Shown: positions 21,678-32,369 of the stretch, piece by piece
Layout: every line of letters begins with the position of its first letter
Numbering within the stretch: position 1 is the first letter of the stretch
Position numbers and translations under genes: made by a program
The notes under the pieces: generated by a model
What the model saw: only the letters and a program-made list of their open reading frames with translations
The model's database searches: none
What the model was told of the DNA's origin: nothing
NCBI GenBank assembly: GCA_965207375.1
Contig: OZ242274.1
Coordinates: forward strand, 1,344,001 to 1,408,000
Source of the DNA: Nitrosopumilaceae archaeon
GTDB taxonomy: Archaea; Thermoproteota; Nitrososphaeria; Nitrososphaerales; Nitrosopumilaceae
Direction of reading: 5' to 3'
Length of the DNA stretch: 64,000 nt

Positions 21678-22090
21678 ATTCCTAAAATTCCTAAAATTGC
21701 TGGCTCTCCTGCCCAAGATTCCTAAAATTCCTAAAATTGCCCACGTCTCAGGCATACCAATTCCTAAAATTCCTAAAATTGCTGGCTCTCCTGCCCAAGA
21801 TTCCTAAAATTCCTAAAATTGCCCACGTCTCAGGCATACCAAGATTCCTAAAATTCCTAAAATTGCTGGCTCTCCTGCCCAAGATTCCTAAAATTCCTAA
21901 AATTGCATACCAATTCCTAAAATTCCTAAAATTGCTGGCTCTCCTGCCCAAGATTCCTAAAATTCCTAAAATTGCTGGCTCTACCAATTCCTAAAATTCC
22001 TAAAATTGCCCACGTCTCAGGCATACCAATTCCTAAAATTCCTAAAATTGCTGGCTCTCCTGCCCAAGATTCCTAAAATTCCTAAAATTG
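21678..22090. repeat. Array of 11 copies of ATTCCTAAAATTCCTAAAATTG separated by two recurring GC-rich linkers (~40-42 bp period)
   Basis: Linkers CTGGCTCTCCTGCCCAAG and CCCACGTCTCAGGCATACCA recur, with truncated variants. Confidence 0.95.
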
Positions 22091-22651
22091 TCGTTGACAG
22101 CACCGAAATACGCGTTACATGCCTGTACTTTATGTCTGCATGTAAACTAAATACTAATTATTGGTGTAAATTGAGGCCGTTTATTAACATCTATCTGTTT
22201 AATCGCATTATCGGATTTATCTGATGTTTATTCTGATTCGTAATTTTCATGCCTGATGATGGCTAGAGCATATTAAAACTTAATATAACTTCAAATGCAT
22301 TACTATGTAGGTCGTGTATGACTCTTTGGGGCGATCTGTGATCGCGCCCAAGGCAGATGGATGCACGTCTATCTTTTAATCATCTTTTCTTGGATGTTTT
22401 TTCTACAGTCTATCTCAATCGTGCCATTGGGTTTTAGGCCTCGATTATTAGCCCATGCAACAACATCTGATAAAATATGTAAATGTCCCTTATCGGTATG
22501 TGCAATTCCGTTATCCTTTAGAAAATCTACACAATCAGAGTCACATTCAAAGACAATATCTGATATGGAGTTATTGTGCAAATAAATAAAAGATTCAATA
22601 CTTTCCCGTATTTCTTTGAATAATGTATAATTGTATATTTGAAAAATTTTT

Positions 22652-24386
22652 GTAACATTCCGACTCTCTGAAGTTCCTTATATAGTCAGGCAGTAAAGCA
22701 TAAGGATCACTATCATCAGCATAAAATTATGATGCCGGGATTTGATCTTGAAGAAATAGACTGGAAGAATCCCGATGTCAACAAGCTTTTCGAGGTTCTT
22801 ACTGAAAAATTTGATCAAATGGATAAACAAATGAAAGATCTGCAAAAAGACAATCAGCTAAAAGATGTAGAAAGCAAACAAGTGATTGCAGAAAATAAAC
22901 AAGTGATTGCAGAAAACAAACAAGTAATCACAGAAAACAAACAGCTAAAAGAAGAAATCGTTCAACTAAAAAAACTCATAGCAAAACTGCAAAAGAAAAA
23001 AACAAGATCCAGTCATGTCAGTAGCTATAACACCAGAGAGTACAAGGGATACCCAGAGATCAAAAAACAAAAGACGCAGCCAAAATATACGCAACAAGAC
23101 CATGAGACCACAGATGTAATTGTAGATCACAAGTTTTGTCCATCATGTGGTAATCCGCTTGCAGATTCGTCAAGCAAATACACTAGAAACGGTGAATCGA
23201 TAATAGACGGCAAATGGTCTGGTGTCAACATGACTATTGTGGGTAGATACTGCAAAAAATGTGCACGCATGCAATATGCAAAACCTATTGACTTTATGCC
23301 AGAAGAGCATTTTAGCATCACAATAATGGCAAGAATTTCTGCAATGAGAAACCTGACTATATCGTATGGCAAAATACAAAAACTCTTGCAGATGTTTTAC
23401 GGCAAAAATATTGCCATATCCACACTTGAAAAACTTGATGCACGTGTCTCAAAATGCCTAGAACCTGTATATTATTCGCTTCTTGATGAGATTGTCAAGG
23501 CAAAAATCCTAGGAGGTGACGAAACAGGATGGTATCTAAACGGCAAACTGTGCTGGGCATGGGTGTTTCATTCTGTATATACGGTAGTATATCACATCGC
23601 ACAATCTAGAAGCAAAATGGTATCTGAGACGTTTCTAAAGGATTTTGAGGGCATACTAATGGGTGACTCTCATCCTGGATGGAGTGTTGCAGACATACTT
23701 CAAAAATGCCTGCTACACTATTTCAGGGACATGTACAGAACGCTTGAAAAAAATGACAAAAAAGAATTTCAGAGCTTCTTTGATGAACTATACAAGATAC
23801 TAAAATCTGCAATAAAGCTTGGCAAAAAACATGACACAGTACAGGACATTGCAAAGGGCAGTATAACCAAACTGCAAAAAAGAATCAATGCACTTGCTAC
23901 AGGAACATATGAGGATGAAGATTGTCTCAGATATGTAAAGCGACTAAAGCGTGAGGGTAACTCTTTGCTGACATTTCTAAAATATGATGGCGTGCCGTAC
24001 CACAACAACGCAAGCGAGCAGGCAATGCGCATATTTGCCATAATGCGAAAAGTATTCTACGGTAGTCGCTCAGAGAAAGGCCTCAAAACCACAGAGATAC
24101 GTCAAAGCATATTTGCCACATGTGAAAGGCGCGATGTAAATCCGTATCCGTTTGTCAAGGAATATCTGCGTGGCAATATCAAAGAAATCCCCATGCCAAA
24201 AGTCACAGTTGCTGCATGATATAATCAAATGTACAGTGTATAATACACAAAATTTGATGCTGTATGATCATTTCTATAGTCTGGATATGTTGTGCCGGTT
24301 CATTGTCGTAAACTGCACTAGGGTTTTGCATGCAGTTTCATGGATCATCTAAAAACCAGAGTAACTTCAGAAGGTCGATCTGTTAC
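22652..24386 (+). mobile_element. IS66-family element
   Basis: Terminal inverted repeats GTAACA..CGAC..TCTGAAGTT / AACTTCAGA..GTCG..TGTTAC. No target duplication seen. Confidence 0.8.
22729..24219 (+). CDS. IS66-family transposase
   Basis: Coiled coil, CPSCG..CKKC zinc finger, GDETGW, GD, QKCLLHY.R and NNASEQAMR. Confidence 0.9.
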   Translation: MMPGFDLEEIDWKNPDVNKLFEVLTEKFDQMDKQMKDLQKDNQLKDVESKQVIAENKQVIAENKQVITENKQLKEEIVQLKKLIAKLQKKKTRSSHVSSYNTREYKGYPEIKKQKTQPKYTQQDHETTDVIVDHKFCPSCGNPLADSSSKYTRNGESIIDGKWSGVNMTIVGRYCKKCARMQYAKPIDFMPEEHFSITIMARISAMRNLTISYGKIQKLLQMFYGKNIAISTLEKLDARVSKCLEPVYYSLLDEIVKAKILGGDETGWYLNGKLCWAWVFHSVYTVVYHIAQSRSKMVSETFLKDFEGILMGDSHPGWSVADILQKCLLHYFRDMYRTLEKNDKKEFQSFFDELYKILKSAIKLGKKHDTVQDIAKGSITKLQKRINALATGTYEDEDCLRYVKRLKREGNSLLTFLKYDGVPYHNNASEQAMRIFAIMRKVFYGSRSEKGLKTTEIRQSIFATCERRDVNPYPFVKEYLRGNIKEIPMPKVTVAA

Positions 24387-24464
24387 CTATATTTTTCGTT
24401 AAATAATACTTTGGTTATAAAAACACCGCTTGGTTGGTACCCAACACTTGGAAGATACTATGAT

Positions 24465-24692
24465 TCACAGCTGTAAAATCATCTCATGTACCTGTCCTGC
24501 AGGGGCTGATAACACCTTTAGAATTACTTCCTTTCTTATACCATCACTTTGGTATATTATTTTGATTCGTTCAGTACCTAAAATACTCACACTATACAGT
24601 TCAGATATTACCACACCGTCTATCCTGATGGTACCATCAATGTGCAGTACCGTATGTGTCCCATCTATACTACAATCAAACTCGCCTTTCAT
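24465..24692 (-). CDS. Hypothetical protein co-transcribed with the VirB11-like ATPase
   Basis: Overlaps the 3' end of the ATPase gene. Confidence 0.45.
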   Translation of the reverse strand: MKGEFDCSIDGTHTVLHIDGTIRIDGVVISELYSVSILGTERIKIIYQSDGIRKEVILKVLSAPAGQVHEMILQL

Positions 24693-26136
24693 AGTATCTC
24701 CTCAAAATGTCAAATACAGCCTTTGGATTTTTAGCTTCCTGTTTAACACATTCGTTTAGCAATCCCATTCTTTTTTTCATATCCTCTGGCCCGTCTCGTA
24801 TTCCGCATACGGTACAGGCCTCGATATATCTTGCACATTCATCAAGTGGTTTCTTGTTCAGCAATTTATCTACAAACACATCATACTCGTATACCGCCTC
24901 TATCTTGATTTTGCCTGTTTCATCAGGTACGATTTCTGAAATATTATTTACCCGTCTCACATTTTTACCGTGTAAATCAACTAGTCTTGTATTCATACAA
25001 AACCATGTTAGTGCAATCTCACCATCAGAAATTTTATTTCCACGCATTCGTGTTATTGCGCCTTCTGCCGTACTTGCATGAAAGCTTGTCAGTCCGCCGT
25101 GGCCGGTACCCACACTCTGAAACAACATCTCCATATCATTGAGTCTTATTTCACCTATTACCTCAAAGTCTGGACGCTGTGTCAGACTAGAATCTATCAG
25201 ATCCTTTATTTTGATGTCATATTTTGATGCAAGCATTCCGTAACTTTTACGAGTGTTGTATCTTACCCAGTCTGAATGTGGTACCTGTAATTCCAAAGTA
25301 TCCTCGATAGTAACAATGCGCCATCTGGGATTCATCATCGTCATCAGACTAGATAGTAACGTGGTTTTTCCAGAACCTGTAACTCCGATTACTAAACCTA
25401 CTGCCTTTGCGTCAAGTAGGGTCCAAAGGTAAGCTGCGGCCTCTTCACTTATTCCGCCTCCAGAAATTATATGAGTTATAGTTAAAGGAGATTCTGGAAA
25501 TTTCCTGATAGCAATTATGGGCCCAGGCTTTGATACCTGACTGCCAAAGGTACATGAAATTCTAGAGCCATCTGGCATGTATGTAACTGAAATAGGTGAG
25601 CTTTCTGTGGGTTCAGTACCTGTCCTGCCATAAATTCTTTGAATGAACTTTTCCATTTCGATACTATCTGGAAATTTGATGTTAGATTCTAGTGACTGGA
25701 ACTGTCCAGAATATTTCTTGTGTACAATGTGTATGTTTCTGTCATATGCAGAACACAAAATATCTTCTATACCAGGATCTCGCATGGGTACATCAAGCAA
25801 TCCATTTCCCAACATGTCGCGCCGGATATAATATCGAATGTTTGAGAATTTCTTTACAACACTTTCGTATATTTCCAGTCTTTTGGCAGTATCCCAAAAT
25901 GTCTTTTCAAACTTTTGTGTCACTTCCTCATCTGTCTCATCTGTGAGTTCTGTAGTCATTTCCATCTTTTTTATGATTTTATCATACATTTCATCTGTAT
26001 CTGATGGAATTTGTGGTTCATCTACCATGTATCTACCAGTATCAGTTATGGTGACTTTGACATCTCCTATATCGTATTGTTCTAGTATACCGGCCTCTGT
26101 TGTTTTCATATCTGCACGCAAGAGTCTGTAATCCAA
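24676..26136 (-). CDS. VirB11/TadA-like type II/IV secretion ATPase
   Basis: DPGIEDI, IAIRKF, Walker A GVTGSGKTT, TIEDTLEL, RPD..VIGEIR and TGHGGLTSFHA. Confidence 0.9.
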   Translation of the reverse strand: MDYRLLRADMKTTEAGILEQYDIGDVKVTITDTGRYMVDEPQIPSDTDEMYDKIIKKMEMTTELTDETDEEVTQKFEKTFWDTAKRLEIYESVVKKFSNIRYYIRRDMLGNGLLDVPMRDPGIEDILCSAYDRNIHIVHKKYSGQFQSLESNIKFPDSIEMEKFIQRIYGRTGTEPTESSPISVTYMPDGSRISCTFGSQVSKPGPIIAIRKFPESPLTITHIISGGGISEEAAAYLWTLLDAKAVGLVIGVTGSGKTTLLSSLMTMMNPRWRIVTIEDTLELQVPHSDWVRYNTRKSYGMLASKYDIKIKDLIDSSLTQRPDFEVIGEIRLNDMEMLFQSVGTGHGGLTSFHASTAEGAITRMRGNKISDGEIALTWFCMNTRLVDLHGKNVRRVNNISEIVPDETGKIKIEAVYEYDVFVDKLLNKKPLDECARYIEACTVCGIRDGPEDMKKRMGLLNECVKQEAKNPKAVFDILRRYYERRV

Positions 26137-26273
26137 TGATACTACAAAGTCATTTTGTATAAAAGGGACTAGGTTTTTGAAAATGTCAGCCTGTCTGGTT
26201 TACAATACACATTGACCTGCCAACAGATACAGCAGATTTTGTAATCCACAATTATTTCAAAGATTAAATCATA

Positions 26274-26297
26274 ACCGTGTGTAATATTACACACGGT
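26274..26297. repeat. Perfect 24-bp palindrome ACCGTGTGTAATATTACACACGGT
   Basis: Read directly; lies between the divergent virB11-like and virB4-like genes. Confidence 0.95.
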
Positions 26298-26345
26298 AGG
26301 TTTACCTAGTTGGTAAGGTGTCGCCCTGAAGCGATTGTTCAGTAA
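26295..26345 (+). pseudogene. tRNA 5' half (D arm, anticodon stem 5' strand, GAA) plus a BHB-type intron remnant
   Basis: ACCT AGTTGGTA AGGT G TCGCC CT GAA G | CGATTGTTCAGTA | A. CTGA pairs with TCAG as in archaeal 37/38 introns. Confidence 0.5.
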
Positions 26346-26511
26346 ACTATAGGGCTTTTAACTATATTAATTTTCAAGGAAATTCACGCCTGAAATCATA
26401 CGATTTTCTTGTATTTTTTGCCTACAAATCCATTTTTTCTCAAAATGACAGTATCAGAGGCAAAATCACCCACATTTTGCCCGTTAAATACTAAACATAA
26501 TACTGTACACG

Positions 26512-28416
26512 TTGTTTGGAAAAAAGAAGAACACATCAAAAAAGGATACGCCAAAAAAGACACCAAAGAAAAAGATGCCAAAAATAAGCTACAAGCTACG
26601 TCCCACAAATTATGCCATTTTATCTGAACAAGAAAAAATGGATGTTTTAAGAAATTTCATCAGGATATTTCGAGGCTCATCAGAAAAACCGGTCCGCATG
26701 ACTATAATGAACAAATCATCCATAGTATCAATACCAGGTGACACTGAACCCAGAAACTATACAGAACGTGCAGTATACATCACATCCAAATACGACATGG
26801 GGCCAGAAATTATGGGAAGCGGATTTCCCAGTACCAGATTAGATGAACCACTTGATTTTGCCATTGAAAAAGAGAATCTAAATTCTATGAAAATAAAACC
26901 ATCAGGTTGTTTTCGTGCATATGTTGTTTATGATTTCTCTCATAGTATTAGACCCGCTTGGCTCTCAAAACTTGCTGATTTGTGTAGTATAGTAAATGTT
27001 GATGTAAAGTTTATCCGTCCGGATAAGGCAGGCAAGATGCTACTTGTTCATGCAAATACTGTAGGTAGCCGTATTGGTAAAAGATATCAAGAAGAAGCAG
27101 AAACTGCACGAGCATTAAACGATATGCTAACAGACAATGATACTGTAATTTACGAGTGTACAATTTCTACTATCGTTACATCAGAAGATGAAAAATCTTT
27201 GAAAAAAGCATGTGCTGAATTTGAACGCCAAGCAAGAAGACAGCAGATTAAAGTAATGTCAGTACAGGGCAAACAAGCTGAAATACTATCTGGCTGGGGT
27301 CATCCATTTATCTTTCCAGAACAATCCACTGCTGCATTTTATCCGTTCATGTCTGGCGACCTAATGGAGGCTTCAGAATCAGGCGGTGTATACTTGGGTA
27401 CAAATGAGCTCACAGGTGTCCCCGTAGTATATGATTATCTAAACCGTACCAACTACAACATGACTATACTGGGCTCTTCCGGATTTGGTAAATCAATGAC
27501 TGCAAAAACATACATTGATAATTTCTTTTCCATGATATACTCAAAGTACGGCAAGGATCACCGAATCATGGCATACATCTTTGATCTGCACGGAGAATAT
27601 GCAAAATTAGCAGATCATATGGGAATGGAAACAGTAGATTTACTATCTACAAACCAGATGGGCCTAGACCCGTTTGTGTTATTTGAGTCAAAAAATGCAG
27701 CAGTGGATATAATTACTGATGTTGTAGATATGCCTGCAAATCTAAAATCTTTGACTGTATCAAAAGCACAAAATGTAGGTACCACACGGGAATTGGTAGA
27801 AAAGTTACGTGCAGATACTTCTGCGGATTCTGGTGACTGTAGAGCTGCTGCCACATATTTGGCACAGTTTGCAGAAGGTGATCTAGCAAAGGTCTTTTCT
27901 GGTGACGTAAAATTAGGCGATAAAACCGTAATTGCCATGCGTGGTGCAAGTGAGACAAAAATCAACGCCATGCTGATATCTTTGGCACTACAAAAGGCAT
28001 GGCAGGATATGAGGGCAGCACCCACTCATGTGCCAAAGTTTCTGGTACTAGAGGAGGCATGGTTCACTTTAAGGATGCCCTCTACTGCTAAAATAATATC
28101 AAATATTGCCCGCTCTGGACGAAAGGAAAATGTCCACATGATTGTCATGACACAGGATATCAACGAGGTACTATCTAACGAGCACGGCGCTGCAGTAATT
28201 CAAAATTCTGCCACTGTAATTTTGATGAGATTGCAGCATGACTCTGCTGAATTATTACAAAAGGTGATAAATATTTCAGCAAATGAATGTGATGATATCA
28301 CTACAATGGATAAGGGTCAGGCAATAATTCGTGCAGATTCGAATCGAATTAAAATGAAGGTTCGTCCCACACCAGAACAGATGAAACTCTTTGATACTTC
28401 AGCTGGTGCAGAATAA
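26512..28416 (+). CDS. VirB4-like conjugative ATPase
   Basis: VYLG..G.PV, N.NMTILGSSGFGKS, FDLHGEY, VLEEAW, RSGRKE..TQD and GQA. Confidence 0.85.
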   Translation: MFGKKKNTSKKDTPKKTPKKKMPKISYKLRPTNYAILSEQEKMDVLRNFIRIFRGSSEKPVRMTIMNKSSIVSIPGDTEPRNYTERAVYITSKYDMGPEIMGSGFPSTRLDEPLDFAIEKENLNSMKIKPSGCFRAYVVYDFSHSIRPAWLSKLADLCSIVNVDVKFIRPDKAGKMLLVHANTVGSRIGKRYQEEAETARALNDMLTDNDTVIYECTISTIVTSEDEKSLKKACAEFERQARRQQIKVMSVQGKQAEILSGWGHPFIFPEQSTAAFYPFMSGDLMEASESGGVYLGTNELTGVPVVYDYLNRTNYNMTILGSSGFGKSMTAKTYIDNFFSMIYSKYGKDHRIMAYIFDLHGEYAKLADHMGMETVDLLSTNQMGLDPFVLFESKNAAVDIITDVVDMPANLKSLTVSKAQNVGTTRELVEKLRADTSADSGDCRAAATYLAQFAEGDLAKVFSGDVKLGDKTVIAMRGASETKINAMLISLALQKAWQDMRAAPTHVPKFLVLEEAWFTLRMPSTAKIISNIARSGRKENVHMIVMTQDINEVLSNEHGAAVIQNSATVILMRLQHDSAELLQKVINISANECDDITTMDKGQAIIRADSNRIKMKVRPTPEQMKLFDTSAGAE

Positions 28417-28437
28417 TTTAAAATAATAAAGTTCTAT

Positions 28438-28514
28438 TGGTTACTGTGGGATTTGAACCCGCGATGTACGCTTAGACACAATCGCCTTTCTGAGGATGTC
28501 GCCTCAGGGCGACA
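28438..28514 (-). pseudogene. tRNA fragment lacking the D arm: anticodon arm (GAG), 14-nt BHB intron, long variable arm, T arm and acceptor 3' strand
   Basis: TCGCC CT GAG G | CGACATCCTCAGAA | A GGCGA ... GCGGG TTCAAAT CCCAC AGTAACC A. Confidence 0.6.
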
Positions 28515-28585
28515 TTTTGTAATTCAATGGTATCTCAACTTGAGATCATCTAACACTTAAAAGAACAAAAAATGAAATAAAATCA

Positions 28586-29431
28586 TTGTCAAAGCAGATA
28601 TTCAATACACAACACAAAAATAATTTAGATACTATCGAGCAAAAGTTAGGTAAACCATACTATAGAGATGATACAGTGTTGTTGTACAACATGGATTGTA
28701 TAGATCTTTTAAGCAAGATTAATTCTAAATGTTTTGATTTAACTATAACTTCACCACCATACAATATTGGAAAAGAATACGAAATAATTCAAAAACATGA
28801 TGATTACTTGCAATGGTGCACAAAATGGCTTGATCTGATTTTTAATGTAACTAATGATAACGGTGCGTTTTGGCTCAACCTTGGATATTTTGAATTGCCA
28901 TCTAAAGGTAAGGCGGTCCCAATAAATTATCTATTATGGGATAAAACAAAATTTTATTTTATGCAAGAAATTGTATGGTATTATAAAGCAGGCGTGGCTA
29001 CAAAAAAATATTTTTCACCAAGAAATGAAAAATATTTGTGGTATGTTAAAAATTCCCAGAAATACATATTTAATTTAGATGATGTGCGTGATCCAAATGT
29101 AAAATATCCCAACCAGAAAAAAAATGGAAGGTTAAAGTGTAATCCAAATGGAAAAAACCCTACAAACGTTTGGGAAATACCCAAAGTCACATCTGGTAAA
29201 AACCGGTCTTCAAAAGAACGAATTAATCACCCTGCTCAATTTCCACTAGATGTGATAGACAGAATAGTAAAATCATGCAGTAATGCCAACGATTTGATAT
29301 TTGATCCTTTTATTGGCTCTGGAAGTACAGCCGTATCTGCATTAATGAATAATCGATTAGCATTGGGTTGTGACATAAATACAGAGTATTTAGATATAAC
29401 AATTAATAGAATAAAATCAATTAATTGTTAA
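28586..29431 (+). CDS. DNA methyltransferase, N4-C/N6-A beta class (ScaI-like system)
   Basis: TSPPYN, HPAQFP and DPFIGSGST. Confidence 0.9.
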   Translation: MSKQIFNTQHKNNLDTIEQKLGKPYYRDDTVLLYNMDCIDLLSKINSKCFDLTITSPPYNIGKEYEIIQKHDDYLQWCTKWLDLIFNVTNDNGAFWLNLGYFELPSKGKAVPINYLLWDKTKFYFMQEIVWYYKAGVATKKYFSPRNEKYLWYVKNSQKYIFNLDDVRDPNVKYPNQKKNGRLKCNPNGKNPTNVWEIPKVTSGKNRSSKERINHPAQFPLDVIDRIVKSCSNANDLIFDPFIGSGSTAVSALMNNRLALGCDINTEYLDITINRIKSINC

Positions 29432-30100
29432 CATCTTGTATTTTGCAGCATTTGGAGCCAATCTTGACTGTTGACCTGATTGTGCTTTTTGTCCTATCCA
29501 ATCATTATGGTCCAACCAACCTAATCATATCAGTTTAATTTTTGGGTGTGTATTATTTACACTAAACTTTTCAAAATTAATTGCAAGATAATAGCCTGAT
29601 TTTGATTTTTTGGGTGTTTGTATAGTTTGTGTATAGCTTCTATTTCCAAAAATTTTTGATGGGTTTGAGGAGGTCTTTACTTCGATTGAAAAACGTTTGT
29701 TTTCCATATTGACTATATCCTTATCTTGTGCTTCTTTTTCACACCTCCATATTTTTGGATTTGAATTTGATATTTCAAGACAAATAAGTTCATGTAAGAA
29801 AAAACCCATAATTTGTGGTTTTGGAAAAATATCTACACCGATTTTATATCTTCCAATAGTTGTATTCATAATACAATCCCAAGAATCCGATACAGTTTTT
29901 TTAATGTAATCTGTAGTTAATGGATGTTCTTTTATCAGCAATTTGGTTTTTGATTTCCATTGTGATTCATCTAAATTTAGGTATGGTGAACTCAATAATT
30001 CTGTTGGATTTTTAGAGTATATTTGTGATCTGTGAAAATAGTGGCTTGTAGTACCGTTCAAATGTATAATTTGCTTTTTTGTCCTGATAAATAGACCCAA
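29417..30100 (-). pseudogene. ScaI-family restriction endonuclease with an in-frame TGA at 29525-29527
   Basis: PQIMGFFLHELI, SIEVKTSS, GNRSY and KSGYYLAINF. The frame continues LGWLDHNDWIGQ...GQQSRL to 29417. Confidence 0.75.
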
Positions 30101-30721
30101 ATAATTGACAAAATATTAGCAATATTTTCATTTTTCTTTTTTGGTTCTCCAAACACAATTTTTGTACCAATGATTAAGCCCTTTACAGGATACTCATCAT
30201 CTTCATTCATGATTATACATGATTTGTTTTAGTATTTATGATTCCATCAAAGGATTTCCAACTGTTATCGTACCAAAACCCTCAATTATTGTATTTAAAT
30301 ATCCCAATAACATACGATACATTGAAGAAATCATTCTTTGCGGGTTTTTGAAAAAACTCGTTTTTAGAAAAACAAAATTCGGCTAATCATTTGACTACTC
30401 TAGACCAAAGTAACCTAATGATTAATTTTGAACCTAATTTGCAGTTACGCCTCGCTTGCTGTATCTTCACGAACACAATTTACAAGATGCCGATTTTAAT
30501 GAACATAAATACAAAAATCAACGATAAAGCCTAATTCCGTGCATGCAATGTATGATTTTATGATACTGTATTTAAAGAGCATATAAAGAGTGTATAAAGA
30601 AAGACTAGAATTTACAGAAAATACTTTGGATTTTATGTTAACGGCATTTAACATGTTTATTTTATTTTCTGCAAAACCAGCACAAATACAGTCCTTAAAT
30701 ACGAAATACTATTGTGGTATC

Positions 30722-31048
30722 ATGCTCGAACAGAAAAAAGACGACAGCGACAATCTACAAAAATACAAGGCTATGTTGATTTCAACATTATTTGCAGCTA
30801 TCATTGTGTTTTTGGCACCATCACTAATTCTAATAATGACTGGTAGTGATAGTACTGATGAGGCCTCATTGATTACTCCACCTGCTGGTACGCTTCCAGA
30901 AGAAATAGAGAAAGGCATCAAAGAGATGTATGATTTAATCATATGGGCTGTCAGACTCGTACTAGTAGTCATGGTTATAGTGTCAGTCATGATGATGTGT
31001 GTAAATCCGGTCAGGATAACACATGTAAAGCGATGTAGTGTATGTTGA
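30722..31048 (+). CDS. Small two-TM protein, VirB2/conjugative pilin-like
   Basis: Two hydrophobic helices; element-type promoter 27 nt upstream of the ATG at 30722. Confidence 0.5.
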   Translation: MLEQKKDDSDNLQKYKAMLISTLFAAIIVFLAPSLILIMTGSDSTDEASLITPPAGTLPEEIEKGIKEMYDLIIWAVRLVLVVMVIVSVMMMCVNPVRITHVKRCSVC

Positions 31049-31464
31049 GTCCATTTTTTTTATTTTTTATTTCCTGTGTACTGGTCATACCCATGATACT
31101 ATCTGGTGTATTGTCTGTACAGCAGGCTTTGATGTGTGTGGTGCCAGGTGTTGCGATATACTGTACTGGTCTATATCGTGATGTTACAAGTACGGTATCG
31201 TTTGGTTCAGCTGATATGGTACGACACATCGAGTTGTCACCTGTTTTTTCCTACATGTGTAGATACGGATACGGTACTGCAATATCGGTACATATAGCAA
31301 TTGAAATGATACTGGTATTTGTTATATTGCCTGTACTGTTGATGTCATTTCATGACGTGGTGTATATTGTAGTTAGTATCATGTCACTTTATGCACTTGG
31401 TGGCATACACTGGATAGGTGGCATACATAATGACAGACTTGCCCTTAATAGCAAATTAGTTTAG
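31042..31464 (+). CDS. Membrane protein
   Basis: About four hydrophobic segments; overlaps the upstream gene. Confidence 0.6.
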   Translation: MLSPFFLFFISCVLVIPMILSGVLSVQQALMCVVPGVAIYCTGLYRDVTSTVSFGSADMVRHIELSPVFSYMCRYGYGTAISVHIAIEMILVFVILPVLLMSFHDVVYIVVSIMSLYALGGIHWIGGIHNDRLALNSKLV

Positions 31465-31472
31465 GGGATACA

Positions 31473-31991
31473 ATGAATCTTGATACCGAAAATGTCATTG
31501 TTCGGACCAACTGTGGCAGGAAATTCAATCTAGATGATCTCATACGGTATGGTTCTGCATTAAAGGACAAGATGTCGGGTGCCGCATACAGGTTTACAAT
31601 ACCTTCTGTAACCGGAGATAGGGAGGCAGTAGTTCGGGTTTATTCTAATGGTACTATTGTGGCATCAGGATCAAATACGGTACATCGTGGCGTCATGGTG
31701 ACAAAAAGAGTCATGGACTTGCTTGGATGTAAGGGTGCAGTATCTATATGTCAGGTGATAATGTCAGGGACTATCTCTGTGCCTGGGAGTATATCTGGAA
31801 TAATTTCCAAACTAGACATGGATGTAAAGTTTGTACAAGAAATTATGGGCGGTATGATTATAGTACGGGATAGTGATGTACTTTGTCAGATATTTCCTAA
31901 AATTGATTTGCACAGTGTAAGGGCTTCTGGTCCAGACGAGAAAACAATCTGGAATTCGGTAAAACGCATTGAAGGGCAGTTTTTGTCTTGA
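31473..31991 (+). CDS. Highly divergent TATA-binding-protein (TBP) homolog
   Basis: 172 aa with two TBP-like half repeats: ENVIV...GRKFNLDDL...YR..P...VRVYSNGTIVASGS and ICQVIMSG...KFVQEIMGGMII...CQIF...VRASG. Confidence 0.65.
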   Translation: MNLDTENVIVRTNCGRKFNLDDLIRYGSALKDKMSGAAYRFTIPSVTGDREAVVRVYSNGTIVASGSNTVHRGVMVTKRVMDLLGCKGAVSICQVIMSGTISVPGSISGIISKLDMDVKFVQEIMGGMIIVRDSDVLCQIFPKIDLHSVRASGPDEKTIWNSVKRIEGQFLS

Positions 31992-32369
31992 AACTTGTTT
32001 TATTGAAATAAGGTGGCAAAAATGATTGAGGAAAACTCTCAGCTACTTTAGGGCGATAATCGTAAAGTCGGCAAAATGGCCCTAGATGATCAAGTCATGT
32101 TCTATATCGACAGTTTTCAGAGAGAACTATCTACCGATAACTTACCAGTTCCCAAAACAGTATAATTTATCTATATGTGTAGTTTATTTCTTTTGTTGAT
32201 GGGTGTTTGTGAATATAATGAATGTTATATGTCACTTGACAATTTCTTGTACTTTTATTATAAACATTATATCTGGGTAAAGATTTGTGACTGATATGTT
32301 GATAAACATAAATTATTTAACAGTATTTGATTCAAGTAATCAAACCATAATCATAGGAGACGATATACA

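Noticed and set aside
21678-22090. CRISPR array
   Set aside because: The spacers are only two recurring sequences of 7-22 bp, and there are no cas genes in the window.
21737-22224. ORFs over the repeat array (also 47431-47723)
   Set aside because: They are translations of DNA repeats in several frames with no protein signature.
26295-28514. Functional trans-spliced split tRNA
   Set aside because: There are no long complementary leader/trailer sequences and the acceptor pairs only 5/7; kept only as fragments.
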